This document shows positions 16,160-26,085 of a DNA stretch of 64,000 nucleotides, in pieces. Source of the stretch: Thermodesulfovibrionia bacterium (lineage in GTDB: Bacteria > Nitrospirota > Thermodesulfovibrionia > JACRGW01); assembly GCA_919902995.1 (NCBI GenBank), contig CAKKSD010000032.1, positions 20,336 to 84,335 on the forward strand, in the 5' to 3' direction. The position numbers and the translations under genes are program-made. How positions within the stretch are numbered: the stretch's first letter is position 1; each line of letters starts with the position of its first letter. The notes beneath the pieces were generated by a model. The model did no database searches. It worked only from the letters and a program-made list of their open reading frames with translations, and had not been told where the DNA came from.

Positions 16160-17386
16160 ATGTTTGAAAGAAGAAGAATATTACTCTTCCTTGCGGTGAT
16201 CGGCCCCGGAATCATTACAGCAAATGTTGATAATGATGCCGGTGGTATTGCAACCTATTCAGTTGCAGGGGCAAGGTTCGGATACAGCCTCCTCTGGGTA
16301 TTGATCCCTACGACGATCGCACTTATCGTTATCCAGGAGATGGTGGCAAGGATGGGGGTTGTAACAGGCAAAGGTCTGTCAGAACTTATAAGGGAGGAGT
16401 ACGGGGTTAAGTCTGCCTTCTTTATAATGCTTGCCCTTCTTGTTGCAAACTTCGGAACTACGATAGCAGAATTTGCCGGATGGGCCGCAAGCATGGAGGT
16501 TTTTGGAATGACAAGGTATATAACAGTCCCTTTCATGGCCCTGTCCATATGGTTCCTCGTAATAAAGGGCAGTTTCAGAATTGTCGAAAGGGTACTCCTT
16601 GTAGCATGTCTTCTTTACATGGGTTATATCATATCGGGATTCCTTTCGAGACCTGACTGGTTAAAGGTAGCAACACATACATTTATACCAACATTCAAAT
16701 GGGACAGGGATTTTATAATGCTGACAATAGCGATCATTGGCACAACCATAACTCCCTGGATGCAGTTCTATCTCCAGTCGTCTATAGCTGAGAAGGGTAT
16801 AAAGAAGGAGCAATATAAGACTTCGAGGCTCGATGTTATTATAGGGTGTTCGATGACTGATATTATAGCCTTTTTTATTATAGTTACCTGTGCCACAACT
16901 CTTTTTCCCTTAGGTATAAGGATAAACGATGCCTCCGAAGCAGCAATCGCACTGAAGCCACTGGCAGGAGAGTATGCCTCCACCCTTTTTGCTATAAGTC
17001 TTGCTAATGCATCAGTTCTCGGAGCAATAATAGTCCCATTAGCCACAGCCTATTATATCTGTGAGGCAATGGGATGGGAGGCAGGTGTGAACAAGACCTT
17101 TAAAGAGGCACCGCAGTTCATGGGGATCTATACCGCCCTGATACTCATTTCTGCATTGATAATTCTGATACCAAAGGCGCCACTTGTCCTTCTTATGGTT
17201 TTATCTTCTGTCCTCAATGGTATTATTCTTCCCTTTATACTTATTTTTGCGGTTCTCCTCGTAAACAACAGGAACATTATGGGAGAGTATGTAAACTCGA
17301 AGGAATATAACTATATTGCATGGGGGACAGTGGTGGTTATGATAAGTTTGACCATAGCACTGTTTATTACAATGTTCTATCGTTAG
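16160..17386 (+). CDS. NRAMP/SLC11-family permease with non-canonical metal site (candidate NRAMP-related Mg2+ transporter)
   Basis: GPGIITANVDNDAGGIATYSVAGARFGY aligns to the NRAMP TM1 motif with DPGN replaced by DAGG; TM6 MPH replaced by TPW. ATG is 1 nt after the upstream stop. Confidence 0.8.
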   Translation: MFERRRILLFLAVIGPGIITANVDNDAGGIATYSVAGARFGYSLLWVLIPTTIALIVIQEMVARMGVVTGKGLSELIREEYGVKSAFFIMLALLVANFGTTIAEFAGWAASMEVFGMTRYITVPFMALSIWFLVIKGSFRIVERVLLVACLLYMGYIISGFLSRPDWLKVATHTFIPTFKWDRDFIMLTIAIIGTTITPWMQFYLQSSIAEKGIKKEQYKTSRLDVIIGCSMTDIIAFFIIVTCATTLFPLGIRINDASEAAIALKPLAGEYASTLFAISLANASVLGAIIVPLATAYYICEAMGWEAGVNKTFKEAPQFMGIYTALILISALIILIPKAPLVLLMVLSSVLNGIILPFILIFAVLLVNNRNIMGEYVNSKEYNYIAWGTVVVMISLTIALFITMFYR

Positions 17387-17404
17387 CTATAAGGAGGTGA
17401 GAAA

Positions 17405-18028
17405 TTGTTAAAAAGTATATTCGCTAAGAAACAGGATTTCTTCGGACTCTTTGAAAGTGCATCAAAAAACCTCCATGAAGGTGCCAGACTCCTAAAGGAG
17501 TTGATGGAGGACTATACAAACGCTGAGGAGAAGACAAAGAGGATCTTCAATGTAGAGAATGAAGGTGATCTGATCACCCATGAGACGATTAAGCGGTTAA
17601 ACAAAACCTTCATAACCCCCATAGACAGGGAGGATATCCATGCCCTTATATGTAGACTCGATGATATTCTCGATCTTATCGATGGAACAGCTGATAGGAT
17701 GCTTGTCTTCAAGGTAAAGGAACCAACAACTGAGGCCGTAACCATGTCAAGGATTATATTTACTACTACAGAGGCTATTTCGAAGGCCCTATCCTATCTG
17801 AAAGAGAAGAATTATAGCTATATCAATGAATACTGCATAAAAATTAATCAACTCGAGAATGAAGAAGATAGGGTATACAGAGATGCGTTAGGAAATCTTT
17901 TCGACGCGGAGAAAGATCCTATGATAGTAATAAAATGGAGGGAAATCTATAAGAATATGGAAGATGCTATGGATAAGTGTGAGGATGTAGCTAATATACT
18001 TGAAGGTATAGTGCTGAAGCATGCCTGA
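17405..18028 (+). CDS. DUF47 (PhoU-like, Pit accessory) protein
   Basis: 207 aa helical protein. TTG start with ggagg RBS. Overlaps PiT start by 8 nt, the classic DUF47-PiT arrangement. Confidence 0.7.
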   Translation: MLKSIFAKKQDFFGLFESASKNLHEGARLLKELMEDYTNAEEKTKRIFNVENEGDLITHETIKRLNKTFITPIDREDIHALICRLDDILDLIDGTADRMLVFKVKEPTTEAVTMSRIIFTTTEAISKALSYLKEKNYSYINEYCIKINQLENEEDRVYRDALGNLFDAEKDPMIVIKWREIYKNMEDAMDKCEDVANILEGIVLKHA

Positions 18029-19028
18029 ATTGATCATTATAATCATCATTGTCTTTCTGGCCTTAGCCTTCGATGTAAGTAATGGATGGAATGACTCAGC
18101 TAACGCCATAGCAACAGTCGTCTCAACCAGAGTTCTCAGCCCAGTAGTTGCTGTAGTTATGGCAGCTGTAATGAATATCCTCGGTGCATTTTTTACAACA
18201 GCCGTTGCAAAGACCATAGGAACAGGAATTGTTGACCCCTCTGCAGTAATCCAGCCTGTAGTTGCAGCAGCCCTTCTTTCCGGATTTATCTGGAATGGTC
18301 TCATGACACTTTTGGGAATGCCTGTTAGCGCTTCTCATGCCCTCATCGGAAGTCTAATCGGTGCGGCTGTGGCCTATGGAGGAATTAATATCCTGAATCT
18401 AAAGGGACTCACAAAAATATTTTCTTCCCTGCTTCTATCGCCTCTTTTCGGTTTCATAATAGGAATCCTCTTTATGCTCCTGATCCTTAAGTTCTTCGGA
18501 AATTTTTCTTCAGGATTTGTGAATAAACATTTCGGCAGGCTTCAGATACTTTCATCAAGCTTTATGGCTTTCAGTCATGGCAGTAACGATGCCCAGAAGG
18601 TAATGGGAATAATCACCCTTGCCCTTGTTAGCGGTGGATTCATAAAGAGTGTTGATGTTCCTTTCTGGGTTATGCTGATATGCGCTGTTGCTATGGGTTT
18701 AGGTACAGCCTTAGGTGGATGGAAGGTTATAAAGACACTCGGTATGGGAATGCTTAAGCTCCAGCCAATCCATGGCTTTGCTGCTGAGACTTCTGCTACA
18801 TTGATCATTCTGACCTCAAGCCATTTTGGCTTTCCTGTTAGCACAACCCATGTGATCTCTACGTCTATTATGGGGGTTGGTGCAACAAAGAGGCTCAGTG
18901 CTGTGAGATGGGGAATAGCAGGGAAAATAGTGCTGGCATGGATATTTACTCTTCCCTTATGTAGTATAATGGCATGGCTGATCTGTAAAGGATTTCTACT
19001 TATAAAGTCCCAGGGGCTTTTATTCTAA
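18021..19028 (+). CDS. Inorganic phosphate transporter, PiT/PHO4 family
   Basis: NGWNDSANAIATVVSTR and HGSNDAQKVMG signature pair of the PHO4 family. Confidence 0.85.
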   Translation: MPELIIIIIIVFLALAFDVSNGWNDSANAIATVVSTRVLSPVVAVVMAAVMNILGAFFTTAVAKTIGTGIVDPSAVIQPVVAAALLSGFIWNGLMTLLGMPVSASHALIGSLIGAAVAYGGINILNLKGLTKIFSSLLLSPLFGFIIGILFMLLILKFFGNFSSGFVNKHFGRLQILSSSFMAFSHGSNDAQKVMGIITLALVSGGFIKSVDVPFWVMLICAVAMGLGTALGGWKVIKTLGMGMLKLQPIHGFAAETSATLIILTSSHFGFPVSTTHVISTSIMGVGATKRLSAVRWGIAGKIVLAWIFTLPLCSIMAWLICKGFLLIKSQGLLF

Positions 19029-19061
19029 TCTACCGCACACAGAGTGCGTTTACATTATTGA

Positions 19062-19916
19062 TTACGTCTTAACCACAAGGACAGGGCATGGTGAGTGTCC
19101 GATAACCTTCTCGGTAACACTCCCCATGAGGAGTCTTTTCAGTCCTGTCCTTCCATGAGAACCCATTACAATTGTATTTATATCCTGTTTCCTTGCGAGA
19201 TCTGTTATTGCCAGATAGGACTCACCTTCTCTAACAAAGGTCTCTGTTTTTACTCTTGCGGACTCTGCCTGTTTTTTTACATCCTCCACATAACCCTTTG
19301 CTTTCTTTATCATGTCATCCACAATTTGCGGGGCCTCCCCATAAAACTCGGCAGGGACATCCACAACAGATATTGCCTTCAGTTCTCCTCCGTATGATTC
19401 AGCAAAGTCTATCGCCCTTTTTGTAGCAGTCATACTGTATTTTGAGCCATCAGTGGCAAGGAGAATCGTTTCCCAGGACACAGTTGTATCTCTCGGAACA
19501 ACGAGGATATCTATAGGGCTATAACCTATAACCCTTGCAGTAACACTCCCTACAAGCATCCTCTCAAGGCGACGGAGTCCTCTTCTTCCCATTACAATGA
19601 GATCACAGTTTTCTGACTCCGCAAGATCGATAATCCTCTCGTATGGTTCACCCTCTTCGTAGACAGTCTTTATTAATGCCTTTTCCCTTTCAGCCATCTC
19701 CCGTGCCTTTAAAAGGGCATCCTCGCAGGGCTTCCTCATGGATGCCATAATATCTCCTACGGCAACTGAATCCAGATCACCAGTATAATGAGGCACAACA
19801 GAGACAACAGTTATCCAGCTTTTTTCATTTATTGCAAATTTGAATGACTCCTTTAATGCATGCATGCTCGATTCAGAGCCATCAACAGCAACAAGTAACT
19901 TCTTATATCTTCCCAT
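19062..19916 (-). CDS. Universal stress protein, tandem UspA domains
   Basis: Two USP units (LLVAVDGSESS ... VMGRRG; ILLATDGSKYS ... VMGSHGRTG). Confidence 0.8.
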   Translation of the reverse strand: MGRYKKLLVAVDGSESSMHALKESFKFAINEKSWITVVSVVPHYTGDLDSVAVGDIMASMRKPCEDALLKAREMAEREKALIKTVYEEGEPYERIIDLAESENCDLIVMGRRGLRRLERMLVGSVTARVIGYSPIDILVVPRDTTVSWETILLATDGSKYSMTATKRAIDFAESYGGELKAISVVDVPAEFYGEAPQIVDDMIKKAKGYVEDVKKQAESARVKTETFVREGESYLAITDLARKQDINTIVMGSHGRTGLKRLLMGSVTEKVIGHSPCPVLVVKT

Positions 19917-20991
19917 GTCCGATAGCTTCTTTTGTGGCTATCTTTTCTGTTTTAATTCCCTTCCACATCGCCTTAAGAACTATGAAGGCGCCCAGAAACA
20001 ATGCTAATACCATTATAGCAAAACTTGTGTTTTTCAACAACTTCACAGTTGCCTCGCTTAAAGGCTGGAGGATGCCAAGTTGTGAAAGATAAACAGGAAC
20101 CATCAAGCCACGGCTGAAAAGAACTGTAATCATTATTACACCCATGACTACCTTTATCATGTAGGGTTTCACATAGGTTGTACCAATCGCTCCCAACTGA
20201 ATGCCGAATAGTGAGCCACCAAGGATAATCATTGCAAGGCGGATATCAACAAGGCCACTCAGGGCATATTTAAATGACCCTCCGAGTCCCATAACAAAGG
20301 CGATTACAAGTTCTGTTGCAGATGCCATCAGACTTGGAGCGCCGAGGACATATATCATTGAAGGGACACCTATAAAACCACCGACTGCAATGGTAGCAGC
20401 AAGCATACCTGTGGCAAAGCCGAGGGGGATCGTGAAGAGTACTGAGACCTTTGCGTTAAGGCTTTTAAAATATACCATTGTCCCTGGAATATTAATAGAT
20501 TGTACCCATTTAGCCAGTTTAGTAGCCTTCTCCTCTTCATGGGTATTCCCGGATTTATATGTTTTCAATGCATCAAGCAACACAAAGCTGCCTACGATAC
20601 CAAGCACAACGACGAACGCCACACTAACATAGAGGTTTGAGCCTGCATCACCAAAAGACCTTTTTATGCTTTCCTGAATGTGGATTCCGTACAGTACTCC
20701 TGCCTCTGCTGAAATACCGAGGATAAGACCCAACTTCACATCCACCTGACCATATCTGGCACGCTTAATCGCACCTACAAGTGCCTTCGGAAATTTATGG
20801 CACATATTGCTTGCAACCGCCACAAGCCCGGGCACACCCAAACTCATCATAGCCGGTGTGAGAACGAATGCACCACCAGAACCTATAAATCCGCTTACAA
20901 GACCTCCTATAAATCCGACTACAAAGAGGTAGGCGATATTCATCCAATCGAGATTGATGAAATTAGCCGTTTCGCTTAAGAAACCATCCAT
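19903..20991 (-). CDS. TauE/SafE (DUF81) family anion exporter, long form
   Basis: Two 4-TM halves with GxGGA/GxGGS motifs (GFIGSGGAFVLTP; GGFIGVPSM) and a hydrophilic central loop. Confidence 0.7.
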   Translation of the reverse strand: MDGFLSETANFINLDWMNIAYLFVVGFIGGLVSGFIGSGGAFVLTPAMMSLGVPGLVAVASNMCHKFPKALVGAIKRARYGQVDVKLGLILGISAEAGVLYGIHIQESIKRSFGDAGSNLYVSVAFVVVLGIVGSFVLLDALKTYKSGNTHEEEKATKLAKWVQSINIPGTMVYFKSLNAKVSVLFTIPLGFATGMLAATIAVGGFIGVPSMIYVLGAPSLMASATELVIAFVMGLGGSFKYALSGLVDIRLAMIILGGSLFGIQLGAIGTTYVKPYMIKVVMGVIMITVLFSRGLMVPVYLSQLGILQPLSEATVKLLKNTSFAIMVLALFLGAFIVLKAMWKGIKTEKIATKEAIGHGKI

Positions 20992-20992
20992 T

Positions 20993-21241
20993 TTACTTTA
21001 CCTCCTTTTTCTTTTTTGCTTTAATACCCAGAAGGGTCCAGAAGTTGCCTGTAAACGATCCGTGAACGACGGAAAACATGAATGCCGTGATTATTGGCAG
21101 TAAGGCATACAAGCTACCTTTCCCGAAATAACTATTAATGATATCCTGGTTCATTAATAGAATTGCATAAAGCATAACCGAAATAATCCCGAGGATCATC
21201 GTCTTACCAAGGGGTTTCTTTTTCCAGTAACTACCTGCCAT
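20993..21241 (-). CDS. Small 2-TM membrane protein (DUF1634-like), start at internal ATG
   Basis: MAGSYWKKKPLGKTMILGIISVMLYAILLMN...; ATG 2 nt after the upstream gene's stop. Paired with TauE as in the second locus. Confidence 0.4.
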   Translation of the reverse strand: MAGSYWKKKPLGKTMILGIISVMLYAILLMNQDIINSYFGKGSLYALLPIITAFMFSVVHGSFTGNFWTLLGIKAKKKKEVK

Positions 21242-21243
21242 AA

Positions 21244-21714
21244 TTAATTGCCTCCTTCCATCACTACTACCAATGGACATTTCAATCCTTCCCATGCCTT
21301 TGGGGGTATTGTATTGTCTTTCTTGCAGTCGATATTCAGGGTATCTGATGATTCAATAACCACAAACCGAATATCACTCCTTTTCTCTGCGTGGCTGATA
21401 ATCGCCTCTTTAATACTTCCACTCACCTGAATTACTTCATAGGCAATGTTTTCCTTCTTGAGTTCATCCTGAAATCGATCCGTCAGAAAAACCATCTCGC
21501 TGCCATTACCTACATATATAATCTCAAGCCCTGCACCTATACGCTTGCAGATATTCATGGCATATGTGAATGATTTTCTGTCAGATTCTCTTCCTGTAAG
21601 TGCAAGTAATACCGTCTGTCTCCCTTTAACCATTTCCCTTGCAGTCTCAAACTCACCCTCTTCTGCAAAGGCAGCAGCTGCAAAGATATTCTCAAACTTC
21701 TTCATAATCTTCAT
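21244..21714 (-). CDS. USP-like alpha/beta protein (degenerate nucleotide-binding motif)
   Basis: 156 aa, VLLALTGRESD ... VVIESSD pattern reminiscent of the UspA fold. Confidence 0.4.
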   Translation of the reverse strand: MKIMKKFENIFAAAAFAEEGEFETAREMVKGRQTVLLALTGRESDRKSFTYAMNICKRIGAGLEIIYVGNGSEMVFLTDRFQDELKKENIAYEVIQVSGSIKEAIISHAEKRSDIRFVVIESSDTLNIDCKKDNTIPPKAWEGLKCPLVVVMEGGN

Positions 21715-21925
21715 ATCCTGTTCCTCCTTTCAATTAATTCCTATAAATCTAAATAACAATATTCATGCCATAAAACAGAGCACTGTAACTTATTAATATA
21801 TCGTAGAAATATTATTATGGTTGGAAATCAGGATTATCTTTAGACGTTTCAATCTGTAATAGTAAAATCTTTAAGTTCTTTTAAGCCCTCTTAAAGACAG
21901 GGATTTGCTCGGGTGTTGCATCTAA

Positions 21926-21942
21926 AGGGTCCTATGTTGCAT
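21926..21942 (+). promoter_or_regulatory. Candidate sigma-54 (-24/-12) promoter
   Basis: aGGgtcctatgtTGCat: GG and GC spaced as in the TGGCACG-N4-TTGCA consensus, about 30 nt upstream of the histidine kinase ATG. Confidence 0.25.
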
Positions 21943-21971
21943 TTTTCAATAAATTCGATTATTATAGATTT

Positions 21972-23384
21972 ATGAATATATTTCATAGAAGCCTCAGGCA
22001 GAAGGTTATACTCGGATATATTATAGGGTTTGTCCTGATGGCAGGAGTAGTTCTGGTTAACTGGAACAATCTCGGTAACATAAGGGACATAGTCCTATCT
22101 GGTGAAAAGGTCTCTGACCTCTTTGATGCAACCCTTGAGATCAGAAGATACGAGAAGAATTATTTCCTTTATGGCAAGAGCGAAGACCACGATGAACTGC
22201 TGACCTATGTAGAAAAGACAGAAAAACTTCTTGAGGAGAATAATAAGGAATTAGGTCTGTTCTCCGGACCCGCGGTAATATCTGAATTAAAAAAGAACAT
22301 AAAGGAATACAGGGAATTACTGGGTACCATTCGTGACCTCAGGGAAGGGGAGAACAGGAATATCTGGAAGGAGAGACTGAGGAATAAGGGCAGGGAGATT
22401 GTTACTACCACAGAGGATATGTCAAGAACCGAAAAGAGAATCATTCAGGAAACACTTCTCACTTCGAGGAACATCCTTATAGCATCGATTATATTTCTTG
22501 TATCAGCAGGGTTTATTGTCGGTGCTATATTTTTCAGGATGTTTATCAGGCCGTTGAGGCTTCTGGAGGGACAGATGAAGAGTATTGCCAATGGGGAATT
22601 CTCATTCATACCTGTTGTATCCCGCGACAGAGAGCTGATGTCTCTTAGTAAAGCCTTCAATACAATGCTTGTTGAACTTGAGCTGAGACAGATGCACCTT
22701 GTCCAGACAGAGAAACTTGCTTCCCTCGGCACACTCCTTTTTGGAGTAGCACACGAACTCAATAACCCCCTTTCAAACATCTCTACCTCCTGCCAGATAC
22801 TTAAAGAGGAGATAGATGAGGCAGACATTGGATATAAGAAAGAACTCTTATCCCAGATAGAGAGTGAGACAGACAGGGCAAAGGATATCCTGCGTTCCCT
22901 CCTTGATTACTCAAGGAGCGGTGAGAAAGAGACAATCAATCTGAAAAAGATGGTTGCTGAGTCTATCCGATTCATTGGAGGGGATGCACCGGCAAAGGTA
23001 GGAATCGATCTGAATATCCCTGAAGATCTAAGCCTCTTTGCAGACAAGCAAAAGCTTCAACAGGTCTTTCTGAACCTTATAAAGAATGCTATGGAGGCCA
23101 TAGAAGGAGAGGGAAAGATTTCTATTTCAGCAAGGAAGGTTAAAGACACTATTGAAATAAAGGTTAGTGATACCGGAAAAGGCATGGAGCCAGAGATGCC
23201 TTCAAAGATATTTGATCCATTCTTCACTACAAAAATAGCAAAAAAAGGTTATGGATTGGGTCTCTTTGTTGTCCATAACATAATAGGCGAACATGGAGGA
23301 ACCATTGATGTAGAAAGCAGTCTTGGTCATGGGACAACATTTCTTATTAAACTACCGGTAAAGGAACTTAAAGATGAAAAATAA
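21972..23384 (+). CDS. Sensor histidine kinase (2 TM, HisKA, HATPase_c)
   Basis: H-box VAHELNNPLSNI; N/G boxes LIKNAMEA, DTGKGM, GYGLGL. Confidence 0.85.
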   Translation: MNIFHRSLRQKVILGYIIGFVLMAGVVLVNWNNLGNIRDIVLSGEKVSDLFDATLEIRRYEKNYFLYGKSEDHDELLTYVEKTEKLLEENNKELGLFSGPAVISELKKNIKEYRELLGTIRDLREGENRNIWKERLRNKGREIVTTTEDMSRTEKRIIQETLLTSRNILIASIIFLVSAGFIVGAIFFRMFIRPLRLLEGQMKSIANGEFSFIPVVSRDRELMSLSKAFNTMLVELELRQMHLVQTEKLASLGTLLFGVAHELNNPLSNISTSCQILKEEIDEADIGYKKELLSQIESETDRAKDILRSLLDYSRSGEKETINLKKMVAESIRFIGGDAPAKVGIDLNIPEDLSLFADKQKLQQVFLNLIKNAMEAIEGEGKISISARKVKDTIEIKVSDTGKGMEPEMPSKIFDPFFTTKIAKKGYGLGLFVVHNIIGEHGGTIDVESSLGHGTTFLIKLPVKELKDEK

Positions 23385-24732
23385 AGGAAGGCTTCTTATA
23401 GTCGAAGATGAAAAGGTTGCCCTCAAGAACCTTGACCATGTAATGGAGAAAGAGGGATATAGAGTAGTAGGAACAACGAGCGGCCCTAACGCCCTGAAGA
23501 TCCTTCAGGAGCAGGAGTTCGATGTAGTCCTCACCGATCTCAAGATGGAGAAAGTAGATGGCCTCGAGGTCCTTGAGAAATGCAAGTCACTCTATCCGGA
23601 TACAGAGGTTATTATGATTACTGCTTATGCATCCATTCCTTCAGCGGTAGATACGATGAAAAAGGGAGCCTATGATTATATAGCAAAGCCTTTCAAACTC
23701 GATGTTGTTAGGAAGGTTGTGCGAGAGGCAGTAGAAAAGGTAAGACTTAAAAAGGAAAATGTACAACTCAGGGAGCAGATAGAGAAGTACCAGGGAAAGG
23801 TCAAAATCATCACTCAGGATACAATTGTGCAGGGCATTCTTGATACAGCAAGGCAGATAGCGCCTACAGACTGTAATATTGTGCTGACAGGAGAGAGCGG
23901 TACAGGTAAAGAACTCTTTGCCAGATATATGCATTTTATGAGCAAGAGGGCAGATGGGCCTTTCTTTGCAATAAACTGCGGTGCCTTTACAGAGGAACTC
24001 CTTTCGAATGAGCTCTTCGGACATGAAAAGGGTGCATTCACAGGTGCTGCAACTATGAAGAAGGGATTGGTTGAAATGGCATCAGGCGGCACACTTTTCC
24101 TCGACGAAATAACAGAGATGCCTTCCTCAATGCAGGTAAAACTCTTACGGGTAATTCAGGAAAAGGAGGTATTAAGGGTTGGAGGCACAGAGCCTGTGAA
24201 GGTAGATGTTAGGTTCATAGCAGCAACAAATAGGGGTATCCAGGATGCGATAAAGGATGGCCATTTCAGGCAGGACCTGTATTTCAGGCTGAATGTTGTC
24301 TCACTCCATATCCCTCCACTTTCAGAAAGAAGGGATGATATACCATTACTCAGTTATTATTTTCTGAAAAAATACACAACACTTATGAAGAAGGATATCA
24401 CAGAGATTTCGCAGGATGTTATCTCTATACTTATGAATTATGACTTCCCGGGAAATGTGAGAGAGCTTGAAAATATCATAGAAAGGGGTGTAGCCCTTTC
24501 AAACGGGAATACAATTGAGGTGGCCCATCTTCCCCAGGACCTGAAGGAGTTGAGTATAAGGACATTCAGGAAAAAGGAGGGTAAAATTCCATCTCTTGAA
24601 GAGCAGGAGGAGGCATATATCAAGTGGGTATTAAAAGAAGTAGGAGGTAATAAGACACTTGCGGCACAGGTCCTCGGGATTGACAGGGTGTCTTTATGGA
24701 GGAAGTTAAAAAGGTATGGACTGGAAGAATAA
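23374..24732 (+). CDS. Sigma-54-dependent response regulator (NtrC family: REC + AAA+ + Fis HTH)
   Basis: REC D-box, Walker A GESGTGKE, GAFTGA sigma-54 contact motif, C-terminal HTH TLAAQVLGIDRVSLWRKLKRYG. Confidence 0.9.
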   Translation: MKNKGRLLIVEDEKVALKNLDHVMEKEGYRVVGTTSGPNALKILQEQEFDVVLTDLKMEKVDGLEVLEKCKSLYPDTEVIMITAYASIPSAVDTMKKGAYDYIAKPFKLDVVRKVVREAVEKVRLKKENVQLREQIEKYQGKVKIITQDTIVQGILDTARQIAPTDCNIVLTGESGTGKELFARYMHFMSKRADGPFFAINCGAFTEELLSNELFGHEKGAFTGAATMKKGLVEMASGGTLFLDEITEMPSSMQVKLLRVIQEKEVLRVGGTEPVKVDVRFIAATNRGIQDAIKDGHFRQDLYFRLNVVSLHIPPLSERRDDIPLLSYYFLKKYTTLMKKDITEISQDVISILMNYDFPGNVRELENIIERGVALSNGNTIEVAHLPQDLKELSIRTFRKKEGKIPSLEEQEEAYIKWVLKEVGGNKTLAAQVLGIDRVSLWRKLKRYGLEE

Positions 24733-24816
24733 AAAGTTTAGCAGAATCAGAGCCTGAAGTATGCTACAATTAACACCATGAAAAAGATTGATCAAGAGAT
24801 TGATTCAACTTCTTTA

Positions 24817-25572
24817 TTACTCTATCTTCAACATTATCCATCCACCCTCAGAGAAGTTCTTCCTGCCACCCCTGTCATTTTTTTCACCATCCCAGATAGC
24901 GATAGCCAGAGGCACTGTCTTCCCAGATGTAAGGACCGTATCTGATTTGTCACCGGAATTGAGAGGCTTAAGTATTACCACCTTCCAGTGGGCGTAGTCC
25001 CAGAAGCCTTTACCTTTAGAGTTCTGTCTCTCCTGGCTTGTAAGTGTACCAAAGCCTTCCGCATTAAGTTCCTCTACTGAAAGGGTTACAATGGGGTTAG
25101 AGAGTAAGTTACCTACAGAAAGACCTGGCATATAGCCCATCGTAATATCCTTTTCCCATGAAGCCCTCCACTGGATAATATGCACAGGACTTCCTTTCTG
25201 TCCCATCATGAAGGTAGGCTCTTCATCTGCATTCACAGGAAACTGCAAGGCACTGGCATCAGAGAATCTATCAGGCATATTGACCGTGTCATTCCTTGTT
25301 GGATCATACCATTCAATCCTGAAGGCGATATCTTTACCGTTATGGAGAGACCCTATCTTTATTGAAGGAACGGTTGACTCTGTAATACCTGGTTTTACAA
25401 TATTCTGAGGTGCCATAGGAACGGCAATTCCTTCTGCTGTGTTCCATCTGCTGTCCATTGGGTCGAGAGGAAGGTTACCTTTGACAGCCTTAGAGATGAC
25501 AATTGTTTCCGCGAAAGAATAAGATATAAAACTTATCGTCAAAATCAAGACAATCAGAAACAGTCTTTTCAT
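24817..25572 (-). CDS. Secreted ethylbenzene-dehydrogenase-like (EB_dh/DOMON-type) haem-binding domain protein
   Basis: Signal peptide MKRLFLIVLILTISFISYSFA with strong RBS (aaggagag). The long beta-rich domain resembles the EB_dh family; family call is from recall. Confidence 0.5.
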   Translation of the reverse strand: MKRLFLIVLILTISFISYSFAETIVISKAVKGNLPLDPMDSRWNTAEGIAVPMAPQNIVKPGITESTVPSIKIGSLHNGKDIAFRIEWYDPTRNDTVNMPDRFSDASALQFPVNADEEPTFMMGQKGSPVHIIQWRASWEKDITMGYMPGLSVGNLLSNPIVTLSVEELNAEGFGTLTSQERQNSKGKGFWDYAHWKVVILKPLNSGDKSDTVLTSGKTVPLAIAIWDGEKNDRGGRKNFSEGGWIMLKIE

Positions 25573-25709
25573 GGTTCTCTCCTTATTCTTATCCATCCTG
25601 AGGATATCTACTGTCAATATTTAAAATTGCAAAACTATACACAAGATATTTTTCTTGAATAATTATTAAAATATTTATAAAATAAAGCCCTCTAACGAAA
25701 GGAAATACC

Positions 25710-25961
25710 ATGGATAAAGTATCGACGATAACTTTTTACACCCTGATATTTATAGGCATGCTTGCTGTCCTGTTCGTTGCGGGTAGATATGTCCGGAAGA
25801 TCCCTCCTGCAATGGTAAAGAAGTTAAACAGAATAAGTTTTGCTGTCGCATTAATCAGCGGTGTCTTTGCTGCCGCAACGCAAAAACCAATATTTACATT
25901 TATATTGGTTGCATCTATTGTATCTTTCTTTATCTTCTTCAATTACAAAGAGGATTCCTGA
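25710..25961 (+). CDS. Small hypothetical 3-TM membrane protein
   Basis: 83 aa, hydrophobic, RBS gaaagga ahead of ATG. Confidence 0.35.
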   Translation: MDKVSTITFYTLIFIGMLAVLFVAGRYVRKIPPAMVKKLNRISFAVALISGVFAAATQKPIFTFILVASIVSFFIFFNYKEDS

Positions 25962-26085
25962 TCAATGCCCTCCTGTCTTAAGTATCCCTGAAGCTGTAAA
26001 AACCAGAACCAGAATTTCAAGTATTGCCAGGAAAACATACGAAGTATCGAATTCCTTACTCCCATAAATGGAGACTCCCCAGCTC

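Noticed and set aside
25573-25710. Sigma-54 promoter for the EB_dh-like gene
   Set aside because: The best candidate (tgtgtatagttTTGCAat on the minus strand) has TG rather than GG at -24. Too weak to call.
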